Assembly: GCA_963718895.1 (NCBI GenBank)
Contig: CAVRAG010000007.1
Span: forward strand, 1 to 64,000
Length of the DNA: 64,000 nt
Direction of reading: 5' to 3'
DNA from: an uncultured Nitrososphaerota archaeon
Lineage (GTDB): Archaea > Thermoproteota > Nitrososphaeria > Nitrososphaerales > Gagatemarchaeaceae
Shown here: positions 22,559-31,504 of the stretch, piece by piece
Position numbering within the stretch: the first letter of the stretch is position 1
Layout of the letters: the number at the start of each line of letters is the position of its first letter
Translations under genes and position numbers: made by a program
The notes under the pieces: generated by a model
The model's database searches: none
The model's input: the letters and a program-made list of their open reading frames with translations, nothing else
What the model was told of the DNA's origin: nothing

Positions 22559-23046
22559 GTAGCCGGAGGCGCTGCGCTGGACTTCGAGGTATCGTCTTCT
22601 TTCACGAGGAAACCCGTTCGCGCCTTCGGGTCGAAAACAAGTTGAAAGCCGTTGTCCTCCAGAAAATCTGTTCCGATTATGCTTGGTATGTGCTGTATCT
22701 CATCCATTGATTTCACATCCATTTTTGTCGGGACCAGAACATCAACATTGACCCCGATGGGGCAGATCATGTTGTCTACGTCTCTGAAAGTCATTGTGGA
22801 GCTTTCGAGCGTGCGCCGAAAGAATTTGTATCCTGCCAAGGAGACGATGTTTCCCTTTTGCCAGTTGCGAAGGGGTAGGGAAAAGGCCAAGGCATCTCTT
22901 GGCGATATTGTAGTGTACGGACTGCGCGTGTCAATCAAAGCCTTCGCGGGTCGGAATACACGAAACGACTCTATCTGAAGGAAAAATGGAACGAAGGCCA
23001 AATACCTCTCGGTAATGAATTGCTCTATAATGAGAGGTATTCGCAA
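22555..23046 (-). CDS. Retropepsin-like (clan AA) aspartic protease-fold protein; DTG motif reads DTR
   Basis: ALIDTRSPYTTIS and C-terminal SIIGTDFL. Confidence 0.75.
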   Translation of the reverse strand: MRIPLIIEQFITERYLAFVPFFLQIESFRVFRPAKALIDTRSPYTTISPRDALAFSLPLRNWQKGNIVSLAGYKFFRRTLESSTMTFRDVDNMICPIGVNVDVLVPTKMDVKSMDEIQHIPSIIGTDFLEDNGFQLVFDPKARTGFLVKEDDTSKSSAAPPAT

Positions 23047-23056
23047 TCTAGGTCCA

Positions 23057-23329
23057 CTATAGAATGAACGAGAGACCCTTTGGAGGTATGGAGTCCAGAA
23101 CGAAAAAGAGCGGATTCTCGTCCTTCTTCTTCACTTCTTCCAGAACCGCTTCGAGACTCTTGCCCGAGGCAATGACTTTTTCGTCCTTTACGACGAATAC
23201 TTGCCCCTCATATTGTGCGCGAAGTTCCTCATGATGGACTCTAATCCATTCGTTATCCTTGTGTGCCTCTTCAAGCGCTTTTGAAACATCCGCGCTATTG
23301 CCCATCTTTCTCATCCTGTTATCGCCCAT
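23057..23329 (-). CDS. DUF5678-like small protein
   Basis: NEWIRVHHEELRAQYEGQVFVVKDEKVIASGKSLEAVLEE; ends 10 nt before the protease gene. Confidence 0.75.
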   Translation of the reverse strand: MGDNRMRKMGNSADVSKALEEAHKDNEWIRVHHEELRAQYEGQVFVVKDEKVIASGKSLEAVLEEVKKKDENPLFFVLDSIPPKGLSFIL

Positions 23330-23371
23330 CTCCAAGTGATACTCCTATCACAAGTTATTAAGCCATATGCA

Positions 23372-23520
23372 TTATCTTCCATTGTCAATCTGGTTTATAC
23401 TCGGCTTAGGTTTCTTTGTTTTGGCTGATCCATCGGTGTCCACCCATAGGATGATCGCCTCCGCTACCGCGTCGGTAAGACTCCCCTTCTTCCCACCGAA
23501 TCTCTCCACGGGATACTCAA
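23372..23520 (-). pseudogene. Remnant of an archaeal ribbon-helix-helix-type small protein
   Basis: ERFGGKKGSLTDAVAEAIILW pattern; no convincing N-terminus. Confidence 0.4.
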
Positions 23521-23652
23521 GTCGGCGACCCATTGACGAGTTAGCATCACCCAATGTTGGACAGCCCTTCACATCGCCGGAACATTGGACAGAGCCGGGA
23601 AAGAGACGAGCAACGGCTATAAGCCTCCTCTGCGGCCTCGTCCCGATTCTAT

Positions 23653-24039
23653 ATGGTAGCAGAAAAGACTCTCAGATTCCAGGGGAAGAGCAGGGACCTG
23701 GACCAGCTGGCGCAGCAGATTGAGCAGCAGCTGCAGACGGAGGGTTACAAGACGCAATCGACCAAGGCGCCGCTGGGGAACATCATCCAGGCCCAGAAGG
23801 CCGGGATCGCCCGCGACCTCATCGCGGCAGATAGAGCGTTCACCATAATGGTCTCCGGACAGCCCGACGACTTCACCGTTCACATAGGCATAGGCAAGTG
23901 GGTCCAGAACCTCGCCGTGACGGCCGCGGAGGTGCTCCTTCTATCGGTCCTCTTCCTCCCGCTCGACGTCCCCGAGATGCTCTGGACGGTCCACGTCGAG
24001 AATGGCATAGCCAAGCAGATCGCCCAGATAGTCGGCTAG
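23653..24039 (+). CDS. Conserved hypothetical protein (128 aa); its 3' end is duplicated at 30629
   Basis: Clean ORF with host-like codon usage; TATAAG about 30 nt upstream. Confidence 0.8.
   Translation: MVAEKTLRFQGKSRDLDQLAQQIEQQLQTEGYKTQSTKAPLGNIIQAQKAGIARDLIAADRAFTIMVSGQPDDFTVHIGIGKWVQNLAVTAAEVLLLSVLFLPLDVPEMLWTVHVENGIAKQIAQIVG
23974..24039 (+). repeat. Direct repeat, copy 1 (3' end of the 128-aa gene)
   Basis: 59/66 identical to 30629-30694; weaker similarity continues about 45 nt past the stop codon. Confidence 0.9.
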
Positions 24040-24252
24040 GCTGCCGGTGGCCGGTGACTCTGTGAGGGATGGGGTCCGCGCGGGGGCCGTAAGGTTTGGA
24101 TGAGAATCCCTACCTGCAGGAACGGCGTGTCAAAAGCACATAGAGACATCTCTTGGCGAACAGGGCAATCAAACTCGAGCCCGGCGGGAATCGAAGCGAA
24201 AACGCAGCTAGAAGTGGTCCTGAATGGTGGGAATCGCTTCAATTTCTTATCT

Positions 24253-24600
24253 TCAGTGAAGCCACTTTATGGTCAACCCGGCGATATCGTGAAAGTGTGG
24301 ATCATCGGTGTAGCAAGGAACACCAAGGACCTTGGCGGTAGATGCAATCAAGCTATCGGCAAACGGTATCCCGTACCCGTGCTTGATGATTACAGCCTGA
24401 ATGGCGACCTCTTTGTCTACGTCTACGAATCGCAAGTCCTTTGCTAGGGAATTCGCTCGGACCTCAGACTATCTAGGATAGACAAGAGTCTCCTCGGCGA
24501 ATTCGATTCTGAGGCTTTTCGCAGAGGGGAAGGATTTGCGCATATGTACGACTGTTTGATGTGCAACAAACACCTCTTGCGCTTTGGGCTCTGGGCTTGA
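24253..24600 (-). pseudogene. VapC/PIN toxin remnant
   Basis: C-terminal IPFADSLIASTA...YTDDPHF; upstream part broken by stops or indels. Confidence 0.7.
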
Positions 24601-24630
24601 CCGACCCATAGAACTACGCGTATTTCGAGT

Positions 24631-24852
24631 TTAGGGCTGCCGAAGTACAGGCTTGGGCTTCTTTGAAGGGCGGTCGTCAAGTTCTCGCTCTAACCTTTGC
24701 AGGTAGTGCGGAATCAAGACTTCAGCACTTCCTATCGGCATGGAGTCCGGCTCGCTCAGCAGGTCGATGAGGACGCCACTATCAGGAGGGAGTTTCTTCC
24801 GCAGCTGCTCTTTGAATGAGCGAACGTCGATGCATTCTTCGTTCTTTAGCAC
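24631..24852 (-). CDS. Small hypothetical protein (73 aa)
   Basis: GGAGG upstream; KLPPDS...LLSEPD pattern resembles small archaeal accessory proteins (recollection only). Confidence 0.5.
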   Translation of the reverse strand: MLKNEECIDVRSFKEQLRKKLPPDSGVLIDLLSEPDSMPIGSAEVLIPHYLQRLERELDDRPSKKPKPVLRQP

Positions 24853-24888
24853 AATCCTCGACCTCCTCGTAATACCTCGAGGTGATTC

Positions 24889-25562
24889 TTAACGTGAGTC
24901 TGCCTTTGGCCGAAAACGCCTACCGAGCTTGAAAAACGCAATCCAGAATACGAGGAAGACAATAGCCTGCAGCAGGTAGAGGACATAGGCCGAAACTGCC
25001 AAGGCAACGAGGAGATTGTAGCTCGCGTGGATGATTACCGCCGCCAGGAAGAGCAGCAGGAATCGTCTTGAAATCGAGCCGCCGGCAATTGCTGACGAAG
25101 AGATACCTGTGGCCACAGCGTGAACAGGTGTTTCATCAAGCAAGGAGAGTGGAAAGGAGAAAACCCCTCCGGCAGGTCCTTCAACCATCGTTCGAACGGC
25201 ATGCAGAAGCTCCCGGTGAGCATGCCCATCTGCGCGCTCGAGAATGAGAGGTTGCTTTCCGACGAAGACTTCGCACGCCTGTTCATTGGAATCAAGAGGA
25301 GCATCAAAAAGCCAAACTTCGCGCTCTCCTCCACAACGGGACCCAGAGTGAAGGAGTAGACGACGAGACTAATGTGGAGAGAGCTCGCCAGTTGTGTATT
25401 CACGTAACCCCCAGTGAAGGTGTTGGCGATCAGCCCTGCTATCAGGGCGACCATAAGACCGGCAACGGCCCGAATACCACGCCTCGAAGAGACGAAGAGA
25501 TAGAGAACCTGAACCATCAGAACGGCGAAGATCACTAGAATCTCGTCGTCTTGTGGCGACAT
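24889..25562 (-). CDS. PrsW-family intramembrane glutamic/metalloprotease (one frameshift near 25200)
   Basis: GPVVEESAKF, HAVATG and IIHASYN motifs with multiple TM helices. Confidence 0.75.
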
Positions 25563-25640
25563 GCGGCTTTGCTCCCTCCTGATCTGGGTTATCCTGTGAG
25601 TACTGATAAACTGGGAAACCAAACTTCGAGTGAAGCTGAG

Positions 25641-25900
25641 ATGAGCGACGAGTTTCCTCTTGAGGCTGGGCTCGTGGAGGAGAGGAGATGCAGCTTCTGC
25701 AAGAAGACTCGGGAATGTAAATCGACCAGATGGGACAGCTCCCTGCACATGTGGCCCTGCAATGAGTGCCGAAATGAACTTAAGGTCGCGGTCATCCGGA
25801 ATCTCGCTCCGATTCAGAGGAGAAAGGCGCCTGAGCGCGCACTTCGGTGGGTGGGCGGCGCGCGCCCGTTTGACCACCGCATCAAGTCATTAGGGAAGGG
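25641..25900 (+). CDS. Possible small Zn-finger protein (end uncertain)
   Basis: CSFC...CNEC after ATG 25641; the frame runs on into the opposite-strand ATPase gene. Confidence 0.3.
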
Positions 25901-25921
25901 CGCCTATATAGGGACAGCCGC

Positions 25922-27091
25922 CTATATTTCCGCCATTGGCTTGAATCGTCTGTTCAGCCAGTCCGCGAATACAGCATCCGTAATCCTGTACTGCCCCTTC
26001 ATCGGCCGCTCAATCACACCGTAATTCATCAAGCTTGTGAGGGTCTTTGATATGTTGAAGATTGGTTTTCTGACCTCCCTTGCGACTTCGCTGGGCTGAA
26101 TCTTTCCGGTAGCCAGGGCAACCAAGATTTCACGCTCTAATGGCGTGAACATGCTGAAGTAACTGTCGAACTCCCCGTCAAGCCCTAGAACCATGTCCTC
26201 GTATGCCCTCCCGACTCCTTCCTCCGTGAGCGAGCCTCCTTCCCCTACGGAGAGGTAAAGCTCCAAGCCCAGCCGTTGGACATAGTCTGGATATCCACCC
26301 GATAGATCTACTATCTTCCCAAGGACGGGACCTGTTATCCGCATCTTGGCAGCGGCAAACCTGGATTCCAAGAAGGCACTTACGACTGCCTTTTCGAGCG
26401 TCTTGATGGGAATCTCAACAAGCTGTCTGTAGAAAGGAGATCGGCGGTCGTAGACCAGGTTGCGCATCACAGTAGTTGCCGAGCCGGCCAGAACGTAGCA
26501 TACCCTCTTCTGCGACTGAACAACTGTGCGAATCCTCTTCAGTGTATCGTCCCCCCACCTGATGACATCTTGGAATTCGTCGAGCATGATTACGAAGAAG
26601 ACGTCCTTCTCTTCAGCCAGCGACTCTACATACTTCAGTGCATTCTCGATCAGAACGTCCTCTTCCGTGTCCTTGTCTCGCAGACTCAGGGAGAACTCGG
26701 CGAATTTCACTTCGCTGACTCGTTCAGCGGCGGACCTGGCTGCCGCGCTGATTGCCTTCGCCAGACGCTTGAGGTACGCCTTGTCGCCAGTCTTTCGGAC
26801 GTAGCCGTCTATTGCTCCGTCCACAAGCACTTTCGCAAGGCGGCTCTTTGCTGCGATTCCAAAGCAGTTCACGATTACAGGAACAAGCCTCGCGTTCGGC
26901 TTGAGCCTCAGTTCGAGGTTCTCCAAGACGGATGTCTTCCCCGTTCTTCTTAATCCGATCAGCGCTGAGTTACTCGAAGAGCCTTTTGTGACAGCCTCAA
27001 CAAGCGACAAAAGGCGTCGAAGTTCCTCCTGTCTGTCAACGAAATACTCCCCGGTGACGGGTCTACCGACGATAAAGGGAGGTTCTTGCAA
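25922..27091 (-). CDS. Archaeal ATPase (ATPase_2/STAND-like) with C-terminal winged helix
   Basis: FVDRQEE, Walker A GLRRTGKT, Walker B IMLDEFQ, LAGS sensor, SGGYP and a wHTH (PSEVAREV...ISKTLTSL...GQYRITD). Confidence 0.9.
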   Translation of the reverse strand: MQEPPFIVGRPVTGEYFVDRQEELRRLLSLVEAVTKGSSSNSALIGLRRTGKTSVLENLELRLKPNARLVPVIVNCFGIAAKSRLAKVLVDGAIDGYVRKTGDKAYLKRLAKAISAAARSAAERVSEVKFAEFSLSLRDKDTEEDVLIENALKYVESLAEEKDVFFVIMLDEFQDVIRWGDDTLKRIRTVVQSQKRVCYVLAGSATTVMRNLVYDRRSPFYRQLVEIPIKTLEKAVVSAFLESRFAAAKMRITGPVLGKIVDLSGGYPDYVQRLGLELYLSVGEGGSLTEEGVGRAYEDMVLGLDGEFDSYFSMFTPLEREILVALATGKIQPSEVAREVRKPIFNISKTLTSLMNYGVIERPMKGQYRITDAVFADWLNRRFKPMAEI

Positions 27092-27820
27092 GATTTTTCA
27101 CTTTCTTGGCCTATAGGAGGGCCTGCCTATATAGGCGCTGCTGCCTATACGCTCTTCGGACCTCCTGATTACTTCACTGGCGCCTGCCACAGTCAAGGAA
27201 GACCTTTCACGATGCGGGATGTAATGGTGGGGTCGCTTATCTCCTCACAGGCTCTCGGATTTGCCAGAACACTTGCTTCTCCCGAGACACCAACCACCAA
27301 GATGCCCGTAATGCTCCTGCACGCCTCGTCAGAGTGGAAGAGGCTCCCTGCGTCAACCACGACCGCTTCGACGTGCTCCAAGCGGACCCAGTGGTCCTTG
27401 GCAACTAGAGCGACAACATAATGATACTCCGCCAAGTTCCCCTCCCACATCGACCTCTTTCCCGCAGCATCGAGGATGTCTGACCTAACTCTCTCTCGGA
27501 ATGTGTCCGGGGATGCTGATGATCGTCGTCCCAAACAGTATTTCGATCTGTTGCCCGGGGAGTCGCTTCCAGAGCTGAACGAAACCAAACGCTGTGCCGA
27601 TTGTCTGAACCTGACTCGAACGAGGATCGAAATCAGAAGTTTGGCGCTTTTGGTCGAGTGCTGCGTGAGATCCTGAGCTTCTGCTAGGCCTGTCCCGCTC
27701 TGCTCACCAAACACTCTGGCTTGCTTTCCCTATGCCCTGCGCACTCTGGGCCACAGCTCGTCCATCGTGCCCCTTGCCCAGGTCAGCAGGCCGGTAACTT
27801 GATGCGGCTCTTCCTTTCCC

Positions 27821-27976
27821 CTAGTACTGGAAGGTTACCAGACCTGCAGCCTTCAGGAGGCCCAGATGATAGGCTACCAGGTTCTCGTAAGCCTGCTGCA
27901 GTTCAGGACCTTTCAGCGCTTTCTTCTGTTCAGCCAATTCGTGGCGGAGAGCAGCACACAGGTGTATTGACCCCAT
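27821..27976 (-). pseudogene. Winged-HTH (ArsR-like) fragment
   Basis: Short frame reading LVAYHLGLLKAAGLV followed by a stop. Confidence 0.3.
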
Positions 27977-28014
27977 TCTGATTACTCGACCTGAACGCCT
28001 TCTACCGGTAGGTG

Positions 28015-28440
28015 CTAGTCAAAGGCAATGACCTTGGCGCCGAGTTCCTTCCAGTCAGATACGTTGTCAGTGAGGATGGTATCCAATCCAGCCTTCTGCA
28101 TCTTGAGCCAAATCATCGCATCGCCCGAATCGTATCCCTTTGAGATCATCGAGTACAGGCTGCCGACGTCTTCTGAGGAGAATTCAGGCGACACTACGTC
28201 GATTTCCAGGCCCGTGAGGAGTTGTGGGAACCTCTCCCTTATCCGTTGTAGCATCTTTGCCCTTGCTACGTTTCCGGACCCCTTGGCGCGGTCAATCTCG
28301 TCTTCCATCACCTTGGTGAACTCGAAGACGATGAGGTCGATCGTCGAGAGCCTGTCTCCGTTTTCTACGATTGCATGCAGCTTCCTGATTCCCGCAAAGA
28401 ACGCCGAAGTATCAACGATTACCGGAGGCTTCGCTGCCAT
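28015..28440 (-). CDS. vapC: PIN-domain (VapC) toxin
   Basis: VIVDTSAF, DAMIW and ILTDN; overlaps the antitoxin gene. Confidence 0.85.
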   Translation of the reverse strand: MAAKPPVIVDTSAFFAGIRKLHAIVENGDRLSTIDLIVFEFTKVMEDEIDRAKGSGNVARAKMLQRIRERFPQLLTGLEIDVVSPEFSSEDVGSLYSMISKGYDSGDAMIWLKMQKAGLDTILTDNVSDWKELGAKVIAFD

Positions 28441-28747
28441 CTATGTGGTCCAACCTCCTCTTGATTTTCCTCGCGACTGCTTGGTCTATCTTCTCAGACG
28501 ACACATCTGAAAGGCCGGCGCCGGCTATAAGCGCCTCCCACTCGGTTAGCGCCACTTGCTTCTTCTTCGACTCGAGCTGGTGTAGGAGCTTGGCAATGCT
28601 CTCCGCAATCTCGGTATCGGGAGCAATGATCGCCGAATCAGTTGAGGCGATTATCACTACCTTGCTCCCTGCCTTGAAGCTCACTGTGCTAGGGATTGTC
28701 ACCCTCCTCTTTGCGTCCATTCTCCTCTCTGTGACACTGATCGCCAT
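28412..28747 (-). CDS. vapB: AbrB/MazE/SpoVT-fold antitoxin
   Basis: RMDAKRRVTIP...KAGSKV; upstream of the PIN gene. Confidence 0.8.
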   Translation of the reverse strand: MAISVTERRMDAKRRVTIPSTVSFKAGSKVVIIASTDSAIIAPDTEIAESIAKLLHQLESKKKQVALTEWEALIAGAGLSDVSSEKIDQAVARKIKRRLDHIDGSEASGNR

Positions 28748-28808
28748 GCGCGGTTTTTCCCACTGTTAGCGAGCCATAGGTGGGATTTAAGCGTTTTCAA
28801 ATTTCCCA

Positions 28809-29060
28809 CCCAGTGGAACGTCGCGGAAATGCCCAGAGTGCGGGAACACGGTAACGAAAGATCTCAGCGTCGGGGTCCACAACTCCCCTGGTTGCGATTC
28901 GGTCCTCGATCGGGACGTCAACCCTGCAAGGAACATCTTGCAGGCTGGTCTGGAACTGGCCCGTGCGGAGGCCGCGCCTCTACCTGTCCAGCGCAGGAGG
29001 ATAGGCAAGCTTGGCCGACGAAGCAAGAAGCCCACAGTCTTCAGACGTGGGTGGGTTCAC
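28809..29060 (+). mobile_element. tnpB: IS200/IS605 remnant: TnpB C-terminus plus right end / omegaRNA scaffold
   Basis: Frame reads PSGTSRKCPECG...KDLSV...LDRDVNPARNIL (Zn finger plus RuvC-III, decayed). It ends in GAAGCCCAC...GTGGGT-GGGTTCAC, a typical hairpin right end. Confidence 0.85.
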
Positions 29061-29190
29061 AGAGCTGGAAGGAATACGCGAAGGTGAGCTGATCGAGATA
29101 GAGGTCCGCAAGGCGGAGAGAGATTGGTTCGGGAGCTTGAAGGGCGTCGGACACTTCGCGAAGGGAGACGAGCTGGACACTCATGACTAG
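29061..29190 (+). pseudogene. 3' part of an AbrB antitoxin gene interrupted by the TnpB element
   Basis: Collinear 130-nt near-copy of 30925-31054, starting directly after TTCAC. Confidence 0.88.
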
Positions 29191-29234
29191 GTCGCTCGGC
29201 GAATCGTTCCTTCCTCCCGCGGAGCATGAGGTCA

Positions 29235-29813
29235 TCAGCCGCGCAGTGCCTTCCTGAACCTAAGGACGAAGGCGTTTGGGTATCTCGCCAGATACCCCTC
29301 CAACACATCCCTGTCTGCCTTCTTCGCCACATCTCTTAGGACGTCGCTGCCTGGACTTTCCCCGAAGTAGACGAGGTCGATCAGTGTCTTCTCGAGGTCT
29401 GAGATGGGGACATGGAACTCCCCGTATGGCAGGTAGTCGTAGCCGAAGAAGTAGCGCGGGGCTATCCTGTGGACCGCCACACTCTGCCCCATGACCTCCC
29501 TCACGCCAGGTTTCGCCATCGCGCAGGTCACGGTGACGACGTTCGTCTCCTGCTCCCAGAGGTTGCGGAGGCTGAGCGCATCCTGCAGACCAATGTATGC
29601 TGGTTTTAGCGCGAAGACGCTGACGACGGGGTCCCGATGGACGCTGTACCAACCGCGGGCGATCCTGGTCAACTCGCCGCTCAGGGCCAGGTTGTGGAGC
29701 ATCAGGTGTGCATATCCCCGGTCTCCCGTGATTAGCTCGGCGTCTCGGGCCCTGAATGCTGGGGTCGACCGGGCAAAGCGCCTCAGCTCGTCTATGTGGA
29801 TCTTCTTGCCCAT
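29235..29813 (-). CDS. abiEi: AbiEi-like type IV TA antitoxin / transcriptional regulator
   Basis: wHTH ending LTRIARGWY, then PAYIGLQDAL and SDLEKTLID. Confidence 0.82.
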   Translation of the reverse strand: MGKKIHIDELRRFARSTPAFRARDAELITGDRGYAHLMLHNLALSGELTRIARGWYSVHRDPVVSVFALKPAYIGLQDALSLRNLWEQETNVVTVTCAMAKPGVREVMGQSVAVHRIAPRYFFGYDYLPYGEFHVPISDLEKTLIDLVYFGESPGSDVLRDVAKKADRDVLEGYLARYPNAFVLRFRKALRG

Positions 29814-30451
29814 CTCCTTATCCCTCCGAGCATCTCCTCCGCCGAAGGCGCGACGCCCGCAATCACCGTCGCGTTCAGCTGGTCCTCGTCCACCGGTTTG
29901 TGGTATTCCGCGACCATTCTCTGGACGACCACCAGAATCCTGCTCCGGTCCTCCGCGAGGTTCAGAAGGAAGAAGATGTCGTACAAGTCCCTCACTTTCC
30001 TCCTCGAAGAGTAGGCGAGTGCCTTTTCGATGATCAGGTCCTCCGGCGAGAGCGTCCTCACCAGCATGAGGCTCCCATCCAGCATCTCGTAAGGCCTGAC
30101 CACGCTCCCTGGTGGCTTCCCGAGAGCCGCCTCGAAGCTTACGACGGAGCCGTCCATCTGGTACTTGCCAAAGACAGTGTTGCGCGTGACCTTGAACTTC
30201 AGCTCCTTCAATCCCTTGGCGACTAGGCCGCCCCTGAACCTGCGCGTCGCGTCGCCTTCACGCGCAGGAAGGTAGACGTCGACGTCCTCCGAGAACCTGC
30301 CTCCGCCGTAGCACCTCCAGATGGACGTCCCTCCGTGCAATACGCAATCCGGGAACGCGTCATAGGCCTCCGCTACAAGCATGTCCTGTGCCAAGGCTAC
30401 GGACCTGTGTCCCCTTCTCTTCAGTCTGGTGCCAAGGGGCGTGCTTCTCAT
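29792..30451 (-). CDS. abiEii: AbiEii/AbiGii nucleotidyltransferase toxin
   Basis: LHGGTS...RFSEDVD, EK and RDLYD motifs. Confidence 0.9.
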   Translation of the reverse strand: MRSTPLGTRLKRRGHRSVALAQDMLVAEAYDAFPDCVLHGGTSIWRCYGGGRFSEDVDVYLPAREGDATRRFRGGLVAKGLKELKFKVTRNTVFGKYQMDGSVVSFEAALGKPPGSVVRPYEMLDGSLMLVRTLSPEDLIIEKALAYSSRRKVRDLYDIFFLLNLAEDRSRILVVVQRMVAEYHKPVDEDQLNATVIAGVAPSAEEMLGGIRRWARRST

Positions 30452-30467
30452 ATGACCAATGCGTCTT

Positions 30468-30487
30468 AATTATAGTTATATATAATT
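30468..30487. promoter_or_regulatory. Palindromic operator/TATA region of the abiE operon
   Basis: AATTATA-N6-TATAATT, 17-36 nt upstream of the abiEii ATG. Confidence 0.5.
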
Positions 30488-30628
30488 CAGATTGACTGGG
30501 TTGGCGCTTTGCCTACCACCTACCTAGAATTCCCAGCCCTGCTGCGCCTCGCGCCGAGGCCCATTACCTCATTACGAAGGCGCGCCCTGTAGGACCTGGA
30601 GACCTCTATCGTAGTGGTCGGAATCTCG

Positions 30629-30694
30629 GAGATGCTCTGGACCGTCCACGTAGAGAACGGGATAGCCAAGGAGATCACTCAGATAGTCGGCTAG
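30629..30694 (+). repeat. Direct repeat, copy 2 (orphan 3' end of the 128-aa gene)
   Basis: Encodes EMLWTVHVENGIAKEITQIVG*; 59/66 identical to 23974-24039. Confidence 0.9.
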
Positions 30695-30853
30695 GCCGTC
30701 GATGGCCGGCGGTCTCGGGAGGTACCGGTCCGCGGGGCGGGCTCTTCTTCACCATAGACGGTCATGAAGCGAGTGCGACCATCGTCCTGTTATACTTGGT
30801 ATATTATAAAAAGACATAAGTAGTAGAACAGACCAACACCGAACGAGCGAATC

Positions 30854-31054
30854 ATGACCAAGGCACTCGTGAAATCCAGACGGGTCGGCGGCTCCATCGT
30901 GATTAGCATCCCCAAGGAAGTGACCGAGCTAGAAGGTATACGCGAAGGCGAGCTGATTGAGATAGACGTCCACAAGGCGAGGAGAGATTGGTTCGGGAGC
31001 TTGAAGGGCGTCGGACACTTCGCAAAGGAAGACGAGCTGGACACTCATGACTAG
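30854..31054 (+). CDS. vapB: AbrB/MazE-fold antitoxin
   Basis: SRRVGGSIVISIPKEV...GIREGELIEI. Confidence 0.9.
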   Translation: MTKALVKSRRVGGSIVISIPKEVTELEGIREGELIEIDVHKARRDWFGSLKGVGHFAKEDELDTHD

Positions 31055-31436
31055 GTACGTGGTCGATTCCTGGGCGTGGATGGAGTATCTGGAGGGAAGC
31101 AAACCGGGCGAGAAAGTGAGGCTTCGGATAGCTGACCGCGGGAACGAGATATTCACGCACGTCGTCTCCGTGGCCGAGATTGTCTCCAAGGTTCGGAGAA
31201 AGGAGAGAGACACGGAAGCCGCGTGGAACGCGATCACCAGCAACTCGAAGATGTTCCAAATCGACGAAATTGCGTCGAGAGACGCGGGTCTCCTTCATGC
31301 CGCCATAAGGTCAAAGAACTCTAACTTTGGTTTGGCCGACGCGTTCGTCCTGTCGGCCGCGCGGAAGGTGGGCGGAAAGGTGTTGACGGGAGACCCCGAC
31401 TTCAGGGGCCTTGAAGACGTCGTGATGATAGTTTGA
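31047..31436 (+). CDS. vapC: PIN-domain VapC toxin
   Basis: YVVDSWAWMEY, AEI, GLADAFV and LTGDPDF. Confidence 0.92.
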   Translation: MTRYVVDSWAWMEYLEGSKPGEKVRLRIADRGNEIFTHVVSVAEIVSKVRRKERDTEAAWNAITSNSKMFQIDEIASRDAGLLHAAIRSKNSNFGLADAFVLSAARKVGGKVLTGDPDFRGLEDVVMIV

Positions 31437-31504
31437 GGTTGCTCGGTAAGTCGTTACCTCCATGCAGGCAGTCATCAGCGGCGCGCAGATTTGAAGGCCG
31501 TCCG

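Noticed and set aside
27193-27714. 173-aa ORF as a defined gene
   Set aside because: It has no recognisable motif or clear start. It may be a decayed fragment, so I left it unannotated.
28790-28812. TTCAAAT...CCCACC as a tRNA 3' fragment (att site)
   Set aside because: It lacks the GGTTC T-arm pairing and is better explained as a TA operator palindrome.
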